Origin: an uncultured Gammaproteobacteria bacterium
GTDB lineage: Bacteria; Patescibacteriota; Microgenomatia; UBA8517
Direction of reading: 5' to 3'
DNA: 59,842 bases
Assembly: GCA_964541395.1 (NCBI GenBank)
Contig: CAZIPM010000003.1
Coordinates: 24,655 to 84,496 of the forward strand
A program made the position numbers and the translations under genes. The first letter of the stretch is position 1; each line of letters opens with the position of its first letter. The notes under the pieces are model-generated. The model saw only the letters and a program-made list of their open reading frames with translations. It was not told where the DNA came from and did not search any database. Below, one piece after another: positions 17,374 to 26,993 of this stretch.

Positions 17374-18630
17374 TTATAATTTTTTACCCGCAAGTGAATC
17401 TATTACTGCTTTCTCCAATACCTGTACATGTCTCTCCCAAGTAAAGTTTTCCTGAACGTGTTTATGTGCCATCTTTCCCATTTCCACTCTTTCTTCTGGA
17501 TTTGATAATAACCAGATAATTTTATCAGCAAAATCTTTTACGTCATAGGGTTTGGCAAGAAGGCCTGTTTTATTATCTTCAACAGTCACAGTAGGACCTC
17601 CTCTTTTCCAGGCAACTACCGGTACCCCAAATTCTTCCGCTTCTACAATTCCCATTCCATAATCTTCATTGGGAGCGGTATATACATAGACTGCAGCATT
17701 TTCATACAAGACTGCCATTTGCAGATCATCAACCTCACCCAGCCAGACTATTGATTTTTCCACTTTTAACTTTTTTGCCAAAAGTTTCCATTCATCTGTT
17801 ATATTGGTAAAGCTTCCGGTGATAACTAATTTTGTTTGTGGTTGGGATTTAACGACGTAAGCTAGTGCACTAATTGCATAATCAAACCTCTTTTGCGGAT
17901 AGTGACGGTTAGTTAAAAGAATATAGGGTTTTTCAAATTCAAATTCATTTATTTTTAACTTTCCTTTGTAATATTTGTCTTTACTTATTTTTAATGTACC
18001 GTGAGGAAAAGGGTCACAACCGGCTGGACACTCAATGAATTCTTTGCCATAAATTGTAGAGATGATATTACCTATATAATGACCGTTTACAGTCATAAAG
18101 TTGGCCTCCCTGGTTGAGACTTTATCTAAATACCAAACAATCGGTTTTATGGGTCTAATCAGTCTATACAACAATATAAAATTTTTATTTATACTCCAAC
18201 CGGTTTGAACATCTATTGAACGAGGGTAAACCATCCTGTTTGGCTGATTTAGATATATGATATAAGGTTTTTTGAGAAGTTTGGAACAGACCCAGGCAAA
18301 CCAAACACCCGGTTGATTTTCTCCGATAAAAATATCGTATTTCAAAAACTTAAAAATTAAAAACGGCATTAAAAGCGATGAAATGCCCATATCAATTGCG
18401 TCTCTGAACGGAATCCATTCGGGAAACGAAAATAAAATGGGTTTTGGATTAGCCTTTTTCAAAAGGTCAGGATAGCAATTATCCAAATCAATTGCAGGAG
18501 CGAAAAGATCTACTTTATATCCTTTCTTGCGAAGACCTAAAACTCCTTCAATTGCAATGCGTTCACCACCACCTGAATAAACAAATGAGCAGTGGAAAAA
18601 TGCAATTTTAGGTTTTTTGTTTTTGGCCAT
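17374..18630 (-). CDS. Glycosyltransferase, GT4
   Basis: 418 aa. Motifs: FFHCSFVYSGGGERIA, LLTNRHYPQKRFDYA, NEDYGMGIVEAEEFGVPVVAW. Paralog of 6426..7628. Confidence 0.85.
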   Translation of the reverse strand: MAKNKKPKIAFFHCSFVYSGGGERIAIEGVLGLRKKGYKVDLFAPAIDLDNCYPDLLKKANPKPILFSFPEWIPFRDAIDMGISSLLMPFLIFKFLKYDIFIGENQPGVWFAWVCSKLLKKPYIIYLNQPNRMVYPRSIDVQTGWSINKNFILLYRLIRPIKPIVWYLDKVSTREANFMTVNGHYIGNIISTIYGKEFIECPAGCDPFPHGTLKISKDKYYKGKLKINEFEFEKPYILLTNRHYPQKRFDYAISALAYVVKSQPQTKLVITGSFTNITDEWKLLAKKLKVEKSIVWLGEVDDLQMAVLYENAAVYVYTAPNEDYGMGIVEAEEFGVPVVAWKRGGPTVTVEDNKTGLLAKPYDVKDFADKIIWLLSNPEERVEMGKMAHKHVQENFTWERHVQVLEKAVIDSLAGKKL

Positions 18631-18648
18631 ATGAATGTTTTTTAGACC

Positions 18649-19638
18649 TTATCTTTGCATTCTAATGGTTTTCAACCAACTGGCAACAACCATTATCCCT
18701 TCTTTCAGATCAGTTTTTGGTACCCACCCCACCGTTTTTTCAATTTTAGAAGGATCCATTTCGCGTCGCACTGCAGTAATATCTTTCGTCAAAACAGTTT
18801 TATATTTAAATTCTCTTCCGTCGCCAATCAATTGCCAGATAAGTTTTGCCAAATCGATAATTTTTGTAGCTTTGCGTGGACCAATGTTGAAATCCTGATT
18901 AATGACTTTTTTATTTCCTTTAACTGCCTCTCTAAAAAGTAAGGCTGTAGCATTAACAGCATCGTCAATATAAGTAAACGGTCTTGTGGCCATTGGATCG
19001 CCAATTAGTTCAATCGGATATTGACCATTTAACACTTTATCAACTAAAGCTGGTATTACATGGATATCACCAGGGGTTGATCCTTTGGCATCCTCACCTG
19101 CTCCATATATATTGTGGTAACGCATGATTACGTAATCTAAACCATATTGTTCTTTAAATGACCTACAAAAATATTCACCGATTAATTTTGAGGCACCATA
19201 AATATTTGTGGGTGGATTGATTTTCCAGAAATCTTCCTCTATATAAGGAAATTTCGTAGAATTTTGAAAAACCATTGAACTTCCGGAATAAATAACCGCT
19301 TTGATCTTGTTATCCCTCATAGCCGGATATAAATTAGCATCAATAGCACAATTTTCCTGTAAAATATCGGCCTGAAATGTTCTCATGTAAGTCAAGGGGC
19401 CTATATTCGCTGCCAGGTGAATAACATAATCTATATTTTTAAGGCATATTTCACAAACCACTTTCGAGGTTAAATCTCCGTGAATTATTTTAATTTTTTT
19501 TGGGAAATTAATCTTTCTTTCCCTGGGATGTACTTTATCAACAACTGTTACAATTTCCCCCTCTTGGGAAAGCTTTTGGGCCAACCTGCTTCCGACATAG
19601 CCTGACCCTCCTGTAATTAAGACTCGAGTTGATTTCAT
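18649..19638 (-). CDS. NAD-dependent nucleotide-sugar epimerase/dehydratase (extended SDR)
   Basis: 329 aa. Rossmann motif VLITGGSGYVGSRL and catalytic YGASK. Confidence 0.9.
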   Translation of the reverse strand: MKSTRVLITGGSGYVGSRLAQKLSQEGEIVTVVDKVHPRERKINFPKKIKIIHGDLTSKVVCEICLKNIDYVIHLAANIGPLTYMRTFQADILQENCAIDANLYPAMRDNKIKAVIYSGSSMVFQNSTKFPYIEEDFWKINPPTNIYGASKLIGEYFCRSFKEQYGLDYVIMRYHNIYGAGEDAKGSTPGDIHVIPALVDKVLNGQYPIELIGDPMATRPFTYIDDAVNATALLFREAVKGNKKVINQDFNIGPRKATKIIDLAKLIWQLIGDGREFKYKTVLTKDITAVRREMDPSKIEKTVGWVPKTDLKEGIMVVASWLKTIRMQR

Positions 19639-19793
19639 ATAGAATCATTATGAACTATAGCAGATGGAAAAAGTTCTTCAATATGTATTGATAAAAAAAT
19701 AAAAATATTAATCAAAGAGAAAATTTAAAGAAGTAATTAACTCAAATAAAAATGGTTAAGTCACAAACGAAGGATCAGATTATGAAAACAGAT

Positions 19794-21017
19794 TTAAATC
19801 ATGAAAAATATTTTATTGGTTTGCAAAACATTCCAGATATCACAAATTAAAGCTTTGCCTCCAACGTATTGTTTCAATATGTTTAAATTTAGCTTTTTAT
19901 ATTCGTTATGGTCAACAGAAATAAAAATTCCACCTACGTTTTTCAAAATTTTTTTAAGATCTCCCTTATTCGTGTACGGGTCATGAGTAACGACTTTTGA
20001 CCCTGCATTTTCCAATAATTTTCTAAGTTTTAGAGAAAGTGAATCTCTTTCATCATCTATGTCCTTTTTAAAAGTCAGCCCCAATAGCGCAATTTTACTA
20101 TCCATTAGTTCACATTTTTCTTGAAATTTTGAGATAAAGTAATCAGGCAAATTGTGATTTATATGATAAGACCCTGTTATCATTGTATTAAATGGAGTCT
20201 GATGCTTTAAGAAAAAACTGTCCTTAACAAGACATGGTCCTGCAGCGAATCCCGGAAGCGGTATGCCTCCCCTTTTGTATCCCTGGTTGGCAGTTGCCAG
20301 TACTTTGTGTATATCAGATCCGAAATGATCGGCGATCATCATAAGTTCATTGGAAAGAGCAAAGGTCGAATAACGAAAGGTATTTAAAGATAACTTTGCT
20401 AGCTCTGCGGTTAAAGTGTCTGTTTCTATTACACTGGGGGCAAAAGATTTAAATAATTCTTTTGCTTTTTTTGCTCCTTTTTTCTCAAAGCTGCCGATTA
20501 TTTGTGGAAGATCCAATAACTCTTCAATAGCTTTGCCTTCCATTAATCTCTCCGGAGCATAAACCAAAAGTACATTCTTTTTGATATTGTTTTTAATATA
20601 TTTTAATGTTTTTTCGGTTCCTTTTGGTTCAACAGTGCTTCTTAAAACAATCAGTGTATCCTTTTTGAGATATTTTTTTATTTGTCCGATAACCTCATAA
20701 ACACTATTTGTCCTGGGTGAAAAATCCGAGTCCATTTGCGTTCCTATGGTAATAATTACTGCTTCACAACTTTTAATCGAAGCATAATCGGCCAAGCGGA
20801 AGTTACTTCCTATATGCTTATCAAGAAGTTCCTTTAATCCTTCTTCAAAAAACGGAGGGATTCCTTGAGTCAGTTTCTCTTTCTTGTCTTTGTCGCTATC
20901 AATCCCAAATACTACGTATCCTTTATCAGCCAGTATTAAAGCGAGTGGTAACCCCACCCTCCCCAGACCGATTAATGCAATTTTCTTTTTAGAAGTAATC
21001 CTTTTTTTAGATGTCAT
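19794..21017 (-). CDS. Nucleotide-sugar dehydrogenase (UDP-glucose/GDP-mannose dehydrogenase family)
   Basis: 407 aa. IALIGLGRVGLPLALILADKGY is the NAD-binding motif. GFAAGPCLVKD is a catalytic-Cys-like region. The C-terminal part has LGLTFKKDIDDERDS. Confidence 0.85.
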   Translation of the reverse strand: MTSKKRITSKKKIALIGLGRVGLPLALILADKGYVVFGIDSDKDKKEKLTQGIPPFFEEGLKELLDKHIGSNFRLADYASIKSCEAVIITIGTQMDSDFSPRTNSVYEVIGQIKKYLKKDTLIVLRSTVEPKGTEKTLKYIKNNIKKNVLLVYAPERLMEGKAIEELLDLPQIIGSFEKKGAKKAKELFKSFAPSVIETDTLTAELAKLSLNTFRYSTFALSNELMMIADHFGSDIHKVLATANQGYKRGGIPLPGFAAGPCLVKDSFFLKHQTPFNTMITGSYHINHNLPDYFISKFQEKCELMDSKIALLGLTFKKDIDDERDSLSLKLRKLLENAGSKVVTHDPYTNKGDLKKILKNVGGIFISVDHNEYKKLNLNILKQYVGGKALICDIWNVLQTNKIFFMI

Positions 21018-21055
21018 AATGTCATATTAGTATTACCACAGTTAGTGGAGTGCTT

Positions 21056-22363
21056 TCAAGAAGTAAGCTCTGCAGATGAATTTTTTGTTTTAATATTTAT
21101 ATATGAAAGTGAAGTAATTGCAACAAATGAGATAATAAATCCAATTATTGAACTAACTCCTCCAAATCTATCTCTTTCCTGCCAGATTGTTCCCTTCTCC
21201 ACACCTGTCCAAATTCCCAGTACTTGAGAGCTATAGGAGACGTTGGAATTACCCAAAATGATAACCAAAGACATTCCAATTAAGAGTACGACTATTCCGA
21301 ATCTAAAGTAAAACTTGTTGTTTTCAAATATCGACAGGCTTTCCGCAATCTTAATTAAGATAACGCTAACCAGAAGTGCCAAACCTATTCCCAGTTCAGC
21401 TACATATCTACTTGGGTGTGAGGGGAAAACTCCCCCACCGACTAAAGAAATCATAGCAAAAGCTATTGTATAAAAACTGGCTAAAAACACGGGTTGGAGA
21501 GACGGCTTTCTGTCAAAAAGCAGATAACCGAATGCTCCGAGAGCTGGAATTGCAAAAAAAGATATCGGCAAAAGTTTAAAAATAACTCTTCTTACTTCCT
21601 CTCCCAAAGATCCGGTAAGCATCCAAAATGAAAAATGGGGGTTATACCAAAAGGCTACTAAACAAGCAGAAAAGAACATAATTGCCGAAAAACGGAATAG
21701 TTTGACACGGCCTAATCCAAGTAACATTTCCGAAAAGGTTAAAATAAGGGCCATAATCAGATAAGTTGAAAATCCGAAAGGGGATATCAGTGCTACAAGT
21801 GCTGAAAAAATACTGGCCAAAGATAAATTTTTTGAACCACCGTCTCTGACAAATTTAAAAATCCAATAAAGAGCTATTACGGAGACAGTCAGGCTTGAGA
21901 TATGTGCCCCGTCCACTCCCACCAAAGAAGAATAGATACGCACTGAGGCAAATGGATAAAACGGCAGGCTGATCAGTAGTATGGACAAAAGGGCGATTAT
22001 TTTTCTACCCATGATTGCTTTAACCAGATAGTAAAAGGGTATGGGAAATAAAAGGAAAAATACTAAGTTTATTAATTGAAAACCATAACCCAAACTAACT
22101 CCTGTCATTTCCAGAAGCTTCGCCAATAGTGGAATTACCGGACCTGAATAAAAAGTATCATAAAATGTCGCTGTCCCGAAATAACTTGAAACACTATACA
22201 GATTTATGACAAGGACTAATATTAAAAGAAAAAATTCAAAATATGACGAATTCCACCAGGCTTCTGTCTTTCTAATTCTCTCACCTGCTTTTTTTAATTT
22301 CTCGGCTAGGCGCTGCGAACGCTTGGCAGCAATTGTTTCCGTTTCATCAGGTATCTGTTCCAT
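21056..22363 (-). CDS. Polytopic membrane protein (hypothetical; possibly GT-C-like)
   Basis: 435 aa. A charged N-terminus is followed by about 11 hydrophobic segments. It loosely resembles the 52887..54218 product (GPVIPLL versus GPIVPVV). Confidence 0.7.
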   Translation of the reverse strand: MEQIPDETETIAAKRSQRLAEKLKKAGERIRKTEAWWNSSYFEFFLLILVLVINLYSVSSYFGTATFYDTFYSGPVIPLLAKLLEMTGVSLGYGFQLINLVFFLLFPIPFYYLVKAIMGRKIIALLSILLISLPFYPFASVRIYSSLVGVDGAHISSLTVSVIALYWIFKFVRDGGSKNLSLASIFSALVALISPFGFSTYLIMALILTFSEMLLGLGRVKLFRFSAIMFFSACLVAFWYNPHFSFWMLTGSLGEEVRRVIFKLLPISFFAIPALGAFGYLLFDRKPSLQPVFLASFYTIAFAMISLVGGGVFPSHPSRYVAELGIGLALLVSVILIKIAESLSIFENNKFYFRFGIVVLLIGMSLVIILGNSNVSYSSQVLGIWTGVEKGTIWQERDRFGGVSSIIGFIISFVAITSLSYINIKTKNSSAELTS

Positions 22364-22468
22364 TACTAATTATTGTAGACTGGTTTCCTTCATATTCTCA
22401 AGTGCATGTTATAAAAGTTTCACCAGAAAGATATCGTCTGCCTGAAAAATATTGTAACGGGTAGCCTA

Positions 22469-22496
22469 TTGACATTTCAGTAACATCCGCTATATA
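22469..22496 (+). promoter_or_regulatory. Sigma70-like promoter of 22508..24409
   Basis: TTGACA (22469-22474), 16 nt, TATATA (22491-22496), 11 nt, ATG (22508). Confidence 0.5.
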
Positions 22497-22515
22497 TTTT
22501 ATATAGGATGTTACT
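22479..22515. promoter_or_regulatory. Perfect 10-bp inverted repeat bracketing the -10 box and covering the start codon of 22508..24409
   Basis: AGTAACATCC (22479-22488) and GGATGTTACT (22506-22515) are exact reverse complements, separated by 17 nt that contain TATATA. Confidence 0.6.
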
Positions 22516-24409
22516 TCTTTCAAGAAAGTGGAAATTATTTATGCTGATTCTGATCTTTTTGTCTATTCTTTTTCCTACTCTTTCTTACGCAGTTAATTCG
22601 CCAACTTTAATCAGTAACTGTGCAGACCGGGAATGCATGACGCCTACAATCGTTGCTGACTCAAACGGTATTGTTCATATAGTTTGGATGGATGCAGTTA
22701 ACGGATGGAGCAGTTCTACAACTTCGCTTGTTCACAGCTATTGGAACGGTGAAATTTGGTCTACTCCTACTACTATAGACACAGGCCATTACAGTGAACT
22801 TCCGACGTTGGCTGCCGATATTCTCGGGAATGTCTATCTGACATTTGACAACGATACAAATCCCAACAGTTGGCAGGTATTTTATATGAAATATAACGGT
22901 TCGACCTGGACCAGTCCGATTCCTATTTCACAGGATGCCCCCGGCTATGACCAGGCTTGGGACAGTGACCTGGCCATAGATTCGGCGGGAAATCCTCACG
23001 TCACCTATACTTATATGCCGGCCGATTCAGGAAACGTCAGATATACATATTACACAAAATGGAACGGCACAATTTGGTCAGAACCGATAAACCTTACTCA
23101 AAGTGAAAACTTTCACCAATATCCCACCATTGTTGCCGATAAATTAGGTAAGATACATGTTGCCTGGAAATCAACCACAGGAACAAACGATCCTTTTAAT
23201 ATGGTTCATCGGGTGTGGAACGGCTCAACCTGGTCCGAAACCGTTTCCGTCTCGGGATTGGTTTTAAACGGTGTCCAGGAAAGCCAACCGGATATGAGTA
23301 TCGATAAAAACGATAATGTACACATTGTCTGGGAAGAAAGCAATTATCCTACCGACAGTAACTATTCCATAAAATATAACAAGTGGACTAATGCCGTCTC
23401 AAGCTGGTCCACAGCCTTCTTGGTAAGTTCTGTTGCCTATCAGACAGTCCAGGGAGTGCCGTCGGTAGCGGTAGTCAGCGATACCGTCAATGACGTTATG
23501 GTAGGTTGGCTGGACAAATCTTCCAGTCCGTTCAGGCTTGACTTCAGAAAATACAACGCTTTATCCCAGCAATGGGAGGTGGAGAGAAAAAATGAGATTC
23601 AGCAGACAAGTGCAGATTTCCCAGTAGCGGCAATTGATAAATGGGATAACATCCATGTTGCTTGGGGAGAAATCAATCCTCTAAATAATAAATATCAAGT
23701 CTATTATGATGCAATTCCCGTAGCTACCTCTATTATAGGAACAGGAGGAGGGACTCTTACCACCTTTAACGGAGACACTCTAACATTCCCCGCAGGTTCA
23801 TTATCATCAAACCAAATAATTTCTGCCCAGATTTCACCGCTTTCACACTCTGCCCCGACCAACAACTGGACTGTACCTAGGCAATATATCTTTGAACCCA
23901 CAGGACTAAACTTTAATTCCAATATGACTGCAGTCTTCAAATACACAGACACCGAAGTGACCGGAAGTGAAAATACTTTGGGAATATACCTTTGGGATAC
24001 TCCTACTTTGAGTTGGGTCTTTAAAACAGGAACTGTCAATAGGGCCCAAAACAGACTGACTGCTCAATTAGATCACTTTTCCTCATACGGTCTTTTTTCG
24101 TCAACCGATACAGTTTTATGGGAAAACCCTCTAAGCGAAACACAGGATAATATCATTAATCGCGGCAGAACAATTCCTGTAAAGTTCAGGTTTAGCGATT
24201 CATCCATTCCTAACGAAAGTCTGAATTTACAAATTCTGGATGAAAGTGCTAACGTCATAACCGATCTGGGTTATTCTCAATTAAAATTGAACACTGACAA
24301 AAGTCTTTCGGTCAACGTCCAAACTGGAAACTGGAAACCGGGATTTTACCAGATAAAAGTAATGTATGAAGGGCTTCTCAGAGACAGCCTGGATCTGACA
24401 GTCAAATAA
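22508..24409 (+). CDS. Secreted protein with about 7 beta-propeller-like blades and a C-terminal beta-sandwich region
   Basis: 633 aa. The N-terminal signal or anchor is LFMLILIFLSILFPTLSYA. A repeated blade pattern recurs about seven times: hHhVW...(Y/F)..(W/Y)NG..WS.P..h. Examples are HIVWMD...YWNGEIWSTP, MKYNGSTWTSP, TKWNGTIWSEP and RVWNGSTWSET. Confidence 0.7.
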   Translation: MLLLSRKWKLFMLILIFLSILFPTLSYAVNSPTLISNCADRECMTPTIVADSNGIVHIVWMDAVNGWSSSTTSLVHSYWNGEIWSTPTTIDTGHYSELPTLAADILGNVYLTFDNDTNPNSWQVFYMKYNGSTWTSPIPISQDAPGYDQAWDSDLAIDSAGNPHVTYTYMPADSGNVRYTYYTKWNGTIWSEPINLTQSENFHQYPTIVADKLGKIHVAWKSTTGTNDPFNMVHRVWNGSTWSETVSVSGLVLNGVQESQPDMSIDKNDNVHIVWEESNYPTDSNYSIKYNKWTNAVSSWSTAFLVSSVAYQTVQGVPSVAVVSDTVNDVMVGWLDKSSSPFRLDFRKYNALSQQWEVERKNEIQQTSADFPVAAIDKWDNIHVAWGEINPLNNKYQVYYDAIPVATSIIGTGGGTLTTFNGDTLTFPAGSLSSNQIISAQISPLSHSAPTNNWTVPRQYIFEPTGLNFNSNMTAVFKYTDTEVTGSENTLGIYLWDTPTLSWVFKTGTVNRAQNRLTAQLDHFSSYGLFSSTDTVLWENPLSETQDNIINRGRTIPVKFRFSDSSIPNESLNLQILDESANVITDLGYSQLKLNTDKSLSVNVQTGNWKPGFYQIKVMYEGLLRDSLDLTVK

Positions 24410-24410
24410 A

Positions 24411-26993
24411 TCATTCAATTGCTTTTTCCAATTCTTCAGCCTTATTTAAAGCTTCCCCTGCTTTAACAAATCTTTTTTGTGAGGTGTAAATTGAATTTAA
24501 ATTTCTGAAAACCGTCGGGTTTGGATTTAATTCCCCGCTTCTTTCAAAATAGCTTAATACTTTGTCAATATTTCCCTTCCCGTAATCAATTCTGGCCAGT
24601 TCAAGATAAATTCTGGCTAGTTCTTTTTTGGATTGCAGTTTATTAAAAATTGTCAAAGCTTTTTCAAAAGATTTGGCGGATTCTTCCAATTCTCCATTTG
24701 CAGCTTTTAGTTTTCCTGCAAAAACAGCATTAATCCCTTCCCGGTATCTTCCGACTTCTGACAAGTTGGCATCATTCACACCTTTGAAATGCCCTGTACA
24801 ATTACTTTCGACACCCGCAATCCTTTGTAAATTCTCAGTGATGGTATCCTTTTGAATTGAGAACTGTGAGGATAACTCAAGAATCGGTTTATCATCAGTA
24901 TGGTATTTTAGATTTTGGATAAACGGCTTCAATTCTTGTTCATCAAACAGGCAATGGGCAAAAAGGTCACTGCTGTTTCCGATATCACTTAATTCAAGGT
25001 CACTTTTAACCTTCGGATAGTTTAAGTATTTGTCTACGTTTCCCGCATTAAAAAGTTGGGGTTGGGTTGAACCTATCAGTAACACATCATGAGAAACTAC
25101 CGGCGTCCAAACCGTAACGTAGGGAAAAACAGAGTTAAAGGTAGAAAGCAATGTGTCAAATTCCTCTCCTGTAAATCCATAATACGGCACCCATTGCAGC
25201 ATCAAACCTCCTGCATTTAGGTTGCCTTTGGCTTGCCCAAAAAAATCCCTGGTGTACAAACTGGCATTTCCCCTAACCCACAGGTTAGACGGCTGAGAGG
25301 TAATTACGTCGTATTTAAATTTATCACCAAGTAACCTTTTCCTGGCATCGGCGGCAATTATTCTGACCTTGGGATTTTTTAAAACGTTATTGTTGTATTT
25401 TTCAAAATAGCCTGCTGCCGTAATAACCGACGGCTCTATCTCGACAACATCTACCTCAACACCTTCTACACTTGCCGCAGATCCTGCCGTAATACCGCTT
25501 CCCAGGCCTATCACCAATACATTTCGAGGGTTGGCGTGCAGAAGAAGCGGTAGAAGTCCGATTAACCTCATATCATCCATGTCCTGATCCGTTGAAGAGT
25601 CTGCCTTGCCGTTATTTTTCAAAAACAAATAACCCTCTTTTGCCTTTTTAACCGCAACCGTTGCCGTCAGTCCTTCTTTGTAAAATAAAGTTTTGCTTGT
25701 TTCAGCGATTTGCGGAAGTTGGAGTCCTGACATTTTGTAATCACGTAGATAAAGTGGAACTCCCAAGGCCATCAGATCACCGTCCCATGACGGCCTTGAT
25801 AGTCCGAATACCAATAAGAGTGCTGAAAGAGTCAGGAACAATTTACTTTTGTATTGAAGCACTGCCCCGGTAAGCAAATATATCGTACCGGCCAAAAGTA
25901 TCCCTTTCTGAACTCCCAGAAGCGGAATAATCACAAAAACACTGGCTAGTGAAGCCAAAACGCCAAAAATTGTGTTAATCGCGTAACCTGTTGCTACTTT
26001 TGCCTGGTCAGAGTTGAACTGGTTAATAATCATTGTAAATATAACCCCCATCAGAAACGTAGGCGGAAAAATAATTAACGAACTTAAAAAGACTGTTTTT
26101 AGAATCAATTGTAGATATGAATAATTTACCAGATTCAAGCTGTTAAATAAATATGTTGGCAGATTACCGATTAAGGAAATTGACAGAAAAATTGTTAAAG
26201 TTTCAAGTAACAGTGCATAGGCTAAAAATTTGACCGGTAATTTTGAACCGCTAAAGCCTCCAAGTGATATTCCCAGAAGAAATAATGTTAAAGTTATCAC
26301 AAAGGAAAAGGTGAACGGTCCTGCAGTCATGACCATAGCTCTGGTATACAAAACCTCTAATAGAATTGAGGCAAATCCGGATGCTGCTAGGATGATATAT
26401 AGAGCTTTGAAATTTACAGGTTCTGCTTTTTTATAAATTGCCTGTGTTTTTACGACTTTGAAAACAGACCTCACAGCTAAAATACCGACACTAAAATTAA
26501 TCAAACTTGCAGCCTGTGTGGTTAAATTTAATCCCCAAAAGTAGATCAGGATAAACCCTGAGAGTGCCGCACCCAGTACTGCCCCTAAAGTATTGACAGC
26601 ATACAACAGTCCCGGCTGACCACCTTGTGCTTTAACCAATAAGGGATAGGTCATACCCATCAGTACGGTCGGGATAAAAAGTAAGGGGTATAAAAAATAA
26701 GAGTTTAATGACAAAATCGCCAGAAAACCTATGGCAATTTCAATATACCCGTATGTTTTTAAAGGACTATTTCCCCATTTAGCATTATTACATAGCTTTC
26801 CTCCCAAAAACGATCCCGCTGCCAAACCTGAAAAGTAGATTGCCAAAACAGTACTTACAGCAACCGCGTCAATACCGAACACCAGCCCCAACTTTCTGGT
26901 CCAGATAACCTCATACACCAAGGCAGTAAAACCTGACAGGAAATAAAATAAGTATAACAAGTTATTTTTAACCAAAACGTCTTTACTTTTCAT
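24411..26993 (-). CDS. Fused polytopic membrane domain / spermidine-synthase-like methyltransferase fold / TPR protein
   Basis: 860 aa. It has about 12 N-terminal TM segments. The central part reads VLVIGLGSGITAGSA...VDVVEIEPSVI...IIAADARKRL...YDVITSQPSNLW, a spermidine synthase-like fold. The C-terminal part has TPR-like ARIYLELARIDYGKGNIDKVLSYFERSGELNP. Confidence 0.8.
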   Translation of the reverse strand: MKSKDVLVKNNLLYLFYFLSGFTALVYEVIWTRKLGLVFGIDAVAVSTVLAIYFSGLAAGSFLGGKLCNNAKWGNSPLKTYGYIEIAIGFLAILSLNSYFLYPLLFIPTVLMGMTYPLLVKAQGGQPGLLYAVNTLGAVLGAALSGFILIYFWGLNLTTQAASLINFSVGILAVRSVFKVVKTQAIYKKAEPVNFKALYIILAASGFASILLEVLYTRAMVMTAGPFTFSFVITLTLFLLGISLGGFSGSKLPVKFLAYALLLETLTIFLSISLIGNLPTYLFNSLNLVNYSYLQLILKTVFLSSLIIFPPTFLMGVIFTMIINQFNSDQAKVATGYAINTIFGVLASLASVFVIIPLLGVQKGILLAGTIYLLTGAVLQYKSKLFLTLSALLLVFGLSRPSWDGDLMALGVPLYLRDYKMSGLQLPQIAETSKTLFYKEGLTATVAVKKAKEGYLFLKNNGKADSSTDQDMDDMRLIGLLPLLLHANPRNVLVIGLGSGITAGSAASVEGVEVDVVEIEPSVITAAGYFEKYNNNVLKNPKVRIIAADARKRLLGDKFKYDVITSQPSNLWVRGNASLYTRDFFGQAKGNLNAGGLMLQWVPYYGFTGEEFDTLLSTFNSVFPYVTVWTPVVSHDVLLIGSTQPQLFNAGNVDKYLNYPKVKSDLELSDIGNSSDLFAHCLFDEQELKPFIQNLKYHTDDKPILELSSQFSIQKDTITENLQRIAGVESNCTGHFKGVNDANLSEVGRYREGINAVFAGKLKAANGELEESAKSFEKALTIFNKLQSKKELARIYLELARIDYGKGNIDKVLSYFERSGELNPNPTVFRNLNSIYTSQKRFVKAGEALNKAEELEKAIE

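Noticed and set aside
17226-17444. 72-aa plus-strand ORF between the repeat array and the GT4 gene.
   Set aside because: Its 3' part is antisense to the end of the GT4 gene (17374-18630). The translation is low-complexity. No promoter-like signal was seen.
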